DNA of 64,000 nt from Phoronis australis (lineage: Eukaryota; Animalia; Phoronida). The number at the start of each line of letters is the position of its first letter. Position 1 is the stretch's first letter. Of this stretch, positions 60,801 through 64,000 are shown in pieces. The notes beneath the pieces are model-generated. The model did no database searches. It saw only the letters and a list, made by a program, of their open reading frames with translations, and had not been told where the DNA came from. A program made the position numbers and the translations under genes. Location of the stretch: contig NMRA01000339.1 of the NCBI GenBank assembly GCA_002633005.1, positions 268,685 through 332,684 of the forward strand, written 5' to 3'.

Positions 60801-63800
60801 ATGGCTTACCACACACAACTGCTAGTGCATCGACATAAGATTTCATACCATTATCAAAGTCTTGGTGCCACCAAGTGAGCTGTGGTTTGCAAAGTCATTG
60901 CCGCGGTTTATTATGAATTCACCGAACACTCTAGCTCAAGCTCTTCACTGACATTGGTTCCTATCCTAAGGAAGAAGAATCAGAAAGGAACCAGTACACG
61001 ACAGGCATTAAATTGAACGCCGATAACAAACTCATTGATGTACTTGAATTTGAATTTACATTTACATGGTTTAAAAAAAACTAAGCGCTTGCCAGAATAA
61101 GCGCAATATTAACGCTTTAATGGATTTGTTCCCAAACGCGAGATTCGAAATGAATAAAGTGAAAATTTATGTTTTAGTACATCCGGGACTTTGTTTTGCC
61201 CCTCACCTCTGGCCAATGCGCCGGTGGCTTCCGTGACGAGAACCGTGACAAGAACAGGGAGCCAACACTACTTCCTCGTAAGTTAGAGAGAGAGTTGTTG
61301 CAGCTAATCAAACTCCATCGTATCTTGTTAACAGCTTTTCGGAAGGTCAGTTTTTCTTCGTGCTGAATATCGTTCCAATCGAATGTAACGTGGTTATGAA
61401 AAGTTGGTGGTAGTAGGACAAATGTATTCAGAAATAAAACTGCAAGCAGAAAGTAGCTTAGTGTCCATGGCATAGCATCCTGGGCAATTTCAGTATTTCG
61501 GAAACAACGTAAGGGATAGAACGCGATAATTACGATTGATACGTGCCTGTTATCGATGGTGATGTTTGTAAACACAATGATATTTTGCAGCGGACTCCGC
61601 CCGGCCATACTTGAAACTACTCGAGAAAAACACTTCTACAGACTACATCAATGCAATTTATGCCCAGGTATGTAATGGGAAACAGAATAATACAATCATA
61701 TACTTCTTCAGTTTTGGTCCTAACGTCTTCTATATTCCTGTTCACAAGTACAGTACTACCGTACTACAGTTCTTGTCTTCCGGAACCTTCATTTCGTGTG
61801 CACTACAGTTCATTATTACCGACACCTTTTTCCAGAGTAATGCCTTTAAAAATCTTTTCAGTGATATGCCACCATTTCAAATCTGTTCGTATTCAAGCTG
61901 AGTGGAAACAGCTTTTCGTAAAAAATAACTCTGTTCCTAAGACAGGCGGTTGATGAGCAAACATGTGTTCAATTGAAAGTGCTCAATTAAAGTACCATGC
62001 TGTTTTCCAGGATTTTAGACAGAGGAATGCATTCATTGTAACAGAATGGCCGATGAAATCGACCGTGAATGATCTCTGGAGAATGGTTTACGACGAAGAC
62101 ATTTCCGCAATTGTTGTCCTTGATAAATTCGAGAACATGTCAGACAGGGTAGGTAAACTGTATTACTAGAGATCCACATTTCTTAAGAAATTATTTCAAG
62201 AAATATAAATTACTTGAACATAGCGCGAGGCTCTGAAGTTGTGGAAATATTAGGAAGATTCTTAGGTTTGAATATACATATAATCATGAAAAGCGAGCCA
62301 CAAATCCTGAAAGGCAGAAACTGCATTGTATGGTTCTTCTCAAGTGCTGTGCCGTGCGATACATTCATACTCTTTGTTTGTATGCCCCTCTTCTTGCATT
62401 CACCACGTATCTCCATGTCTGTTTCGCTTCGTATTTGTTCATTTCAGTCATTCATTGCCTCATGGTGAGACAAGCGGTCTCGAAATACAGCCAGTGCTAT
62501 AATTTGTTTGAGTCGGTGTTTTGCTACGTAGCAGGCACGCCTGAAGAAAGGATTTTGTTTCGACACTACGGCGAATCTGTATTAAGCTGTCAAACAAAAA
62601 GTCCAGTCGTGTTTTTAACGAAGTTAGTGCAGAAAATGTACGTAGTAATAGAAAAGAGGAACTCCTACTAATGGCAAATATTCGATCGCGCGGCACCTGC
62701 GTCTCTCGTTACTCTCAGCTGGTGAGGAGTTCTTTTATTACGTTAGAAGTGTTGCATAATGCCGGTTATATTAGTATGTAGCGTTTTATCGTGGGGGTTC
62801 ATGAAGGCAAGGGACATTGGTTCATATGACAACAACACACTGCTTGTATATTTGGATAGCAATTTTAAAATTCATTGAATTTCACAATTTATATTTTGTA
62901 GGGCTACCCAAAATTCTGGCCTGATGACATAATGAATGCGGTGAATTACGGAGCTCTGGATGTGGGGCTAGTTTCTTGCAAACGAGAGCCGCATTATCAA
63001 GCCAGGGTTTTCTCTGTTCAGAAGGTTGGTTAAAAGTTTAACCTCAATCACAGTGAAAACGAGAACGTTCACTGCCAAGCACCGGTAATCATGGCCTCAA
63101 AAATATGGCGATATGGTATTGGTACCGGTAGTTGTGATGATGACTAAATGCTCGACCGGGCTGGTCTCGTTCACATCCGAAGCAAATTCGAGGCTACCGA
63201 AATGCCCGAGGGAGTGTTCTTGATGTAGCCACCCTCTGTCGCCGGGCTGCTTTTCTGGTGCTTGTCATCTATAAATCCGACAGTTTTTTACTCTAGCCTA
63301 TGTTATTGTCACTCATGAGAATTCATTTCAAAAGTAAGTATTGTCAATCTTCACATTGCCCCAAATTAAGGTTAAAAACCTTAATATTCCTCTTTTACAG
63401 AAGAGACATTTCACGGAAACTCGATGGAGAAAGTCTGCCTATTTCAAGGTAGGCGTCACTTGTTTTTGATACAGTTCACGTCGAAATCCTTGTAATAGGA
63501 CTATGATGCGCCATGGCTTAACATTTTCAATCTCGCTAAAGCTAGGAGCAGAGATGCTTCAACCCTGAACTGCTTAAAAACTTTGTAATTATTGCTACGA
63601 CAAGATGGGGAAAAGCTATGGTCTGTGCCTACTGACGCTTTGATAGTCAGTTTTTTAGGCCTACCGGTGATCTAGCGAAAAATTGGCGAGACAAAAATGT
63701 AAAATGTGGTCCTTCGAAAAAGTTCCCACGCATCGGGAAAACTGATTTTCCTCTAAAAAGCAAAATTATCGGCACCGGTTAGCAGTTGTCTGTTGTATCT

Positions 63801-64000
63801 GAAATGTGTGATATTACAGGTCAATGAGTACGAAAGATTCCAGGTGTGCAGGATGACTGTTATTGTCGATGATTGGTTAGTGTATTACTAACATAACATT
63901 TATCAGTACGTTCAATAAAATTCCTACTTGCAGAGGTTCCAGAACATAGACAAGTCCTTTGCCAGACAGGCCAAGCGCGTCACTATGTACCATTTTGAAG
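45789..64000 (+). CDS. Receptor-type tandem-domain protein tyrosine phosphatase with degenerate D1; 3'-truncated
   Basis: Exons 45789-45849, 46633-47256, 47486-47591, 48939-49125, 49298-49346, 50659-50768, 52259-52393, 53744-53863, 58712-58866, 59423-59558, 60545-60694, 61178-61277, 61591-61667, 62011-62148, 62902-63024, 63401-63448, 63820-63843, 63934->64000 join in frame. PTP motifs: DFWKTVWD, YWP, KNR, DYINA, DLWRMVYD, FWP. Confidence 0.9.
46633..47256 (+). CDS. RPTP Ser/Thr/Pro-rich (mucin-like) ectodomain exon
   Basis: 624-nt open exon; tttcag/gtgaga; phase 1/1. Confidence 0.82.
47486..47591 (+). CDS. RPTP transmembrane exon (VVWWCICVLLSVIMFTAATLIYF)
   Basis: Hydrophobic helix; tatag/gtatga. 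Confidence 0.88.
48427..48481. mobile_element. Collapsed MITE of the cagtggcggat family
   Basis: cagtggcagatct / agatccgcctctg; 5-bp TSD aaatt; N within poly-G. Confidence 0.75.
48939..49125 (+). CDS. RPTP juxtamembrane exon (basic; PI...F.E...LEIEHE wedge-like)
   Basis: ttttcag/gtaaga; phase 2/0. Confidence 0.8.
49298..49346 (+). CDS. RPTP short exon (IIQMRLGRLEKKSTST)
   Basis: cttcag/gtaagt; bridges phase 0 to phase 1. Confidence 0.65.
50659..50768 (+). CDS. RPTP D1 exon (...GNIRGVFID, degenerate DYINA)
   Basis: tttcag/gtaggt; phase 1/0; joins to GY of the next exon. Confidence 0.7.
51215..51420. repeat. Rearranged copy of the palindromic element at 55862-56030
   Basis: tagattattacatg.cgaagtcgttatcccccgttatctagagccc is shared; the core occurs twice. 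Confidence 0.8.
52259..52393 (+). CDS. RPTP D1 exon (GY...DFWKTVWDCNIQAIVLL)
   Basis: PTP motifs 4-6; 135 nt. Confidence 0.9.
53340..53498. mobile_element. MITE of the cagtggcggat family
   Basis: cagtggctgat / atccgccactg; exact 5-bp TSD cctac. Confidence 0.85.
53744..53863 (+). CDS. RPTP D1 exon (YWPEF...FGDLRITL...DYQVRRL)
   Basis: PTP motif 7; cag/gtaaaa. Confidence 0.9.
55862..56030. repeat. ~170-bp palindromic interspersed element
   Basis: tagattattacatg...agtcgttatcccc...gattttggagaattatc.cccgaggg mirrored by gataattctccaaaatc...ggggataacgact...catgtaataatcta. Confidence 0.85.
56563..56631 (+). other. tRNA-derived sequence (SINE head or tRNA pseudogene)
   Basis: A-box-like gtggtgtggtggt, B-box ggttcgaatcc, pairing ends gctgag/ctcggt; the anticodon stem does not pair. 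Confidence 0.55.
58090..58258 (-). pseudogene. Second THAP-domain relic (transposon-derived)
   Basis: MPP.. then GGVPCSS...MHDFHTDPVLCRAWNIFV...SKVCAH follows the THAP C..C / H.FP.D...W..FV / VC..H pattern with a frameshift. Confidence 0.5.
58712..58866 (+). CDS. RPTP D1 exon (RDILHF...LLNFMKLV...APFIIHG)
   Basis: 155-nt exon ending in phase 2 at the position of VHCS; Cys replaced by Gly. Confidence 0.88.
59423..59558 (+). CDS. RPTP D1 exon (PSLSAIYIACEISLKQL...VSIFFTV)
   Basis: 136 nt, phase 2/0; tttcag/gtaaga. Confidence 0.85.
60545..60694 (+). CDS. RPTP D1-D2 linker exon (DYLDVYRLI...CGNT...GFQQELQ)
   Basis: 150 nt; CG.T linker motif; gcag/gtaagg. Confidence 0.88.
61178..61277 (+). CDS. 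RPTP D2 exon (CAGGFRDENRDKNREPTLLP)
   Basis: N..KNR motif; ttttag/gtaagt. Confidence 0.9.
61591..61667 (+). CDS. RPTP D2 exon (DSARPYL...TDYINAIYAQ)
   Basis: DYINA motif. Confidence 0.93.
62011..62148 (+). CDS. RPTP D2 exon (AFIVTEWPMKSTVNDLWRMVYD...IVVL)
   Basis: PTP motifs 4-6. Confidence 0.93.
62902..63024 (+). CDS. RPTP D2 exon (YPKFWPDD...YGALDV...RVFSVQK)
   Basis: Motif 7; tgtag/gttggt. Confidence 0.9.
63401..63448 (+). CDS. RPTP D2 putative 48-nt insert exon (KRHFTETRWRKSAYFK)
   Basis: Strong tcttttacag acceptor, AAG|gtaggc donor, phase 0/0, open. Confidence 0.6.
63820..63843 (+). CDS. RPTP D2 putative 24-nt microexon (VNEYERFQ)
   Basis: ttacag / CAG|gtgtgc; phase 0/0. Confidence 0.4.
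63934..64000 (+). CDS. RPTP D2 exon, truncated (RFQNIDKSFARQAKRVTMYHFE)
   Basis: ttgcag acceptor; R.V..YHF motif that precedes the WPD loop. Confidence 0.8.

Noticed and set aside
1-64000. GC, NDUFC2, ASB and RPTP as a functional gene cluster
   Set aside because: Mixed orientations and unrelated pathways; adjacency in an animal genome is not evidence of a system without synteny or co-expression data.

Overview
Intron-rich, AT-rich animal genomic DNA, probably from a marine invertebrate (inferred from gene content, repeat types and strong TACATGTA enrichment). The supplied ORF track is mostly uninformative, so genes were rebuilt by hand from GT-AG sites and phase continuity. Four genes were found. 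(1) The 3' half of a membrane receptor guanylyl cyclase (+, <1-20637, 14 exons, catalytic residues intact). (2) A complete 3-exon NDUFC2 (-, 25929-32432) that the ORF track misses. (3) An ankyrin-repeat/SOCS-box (ASB-like) gene (-, 37418-38884). (4) A receptor-type tandem-domain protein tyrosine phosphatase (+, 45789->64000) with a short Ser/Thr-rich ectodomain. Its D1 domain has lost every catalytic motif while keeping an open frame and canonical exon structure; this is the most unusual item in the window. Introns carry many DNA-transposon derivatives: a Kolobok-type TTAA element with a THAP relic, two MITE families with 5-bp TSDs, 9-bp-TSD MITEs, an Academ-like relic and HINE-like arrays with CTCF-like motifs. 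Two splice-site duplications were also seen. There is no CRISPR array, rRNA or prokaryotic system. Family assignments are from motif recognition, not database searches.
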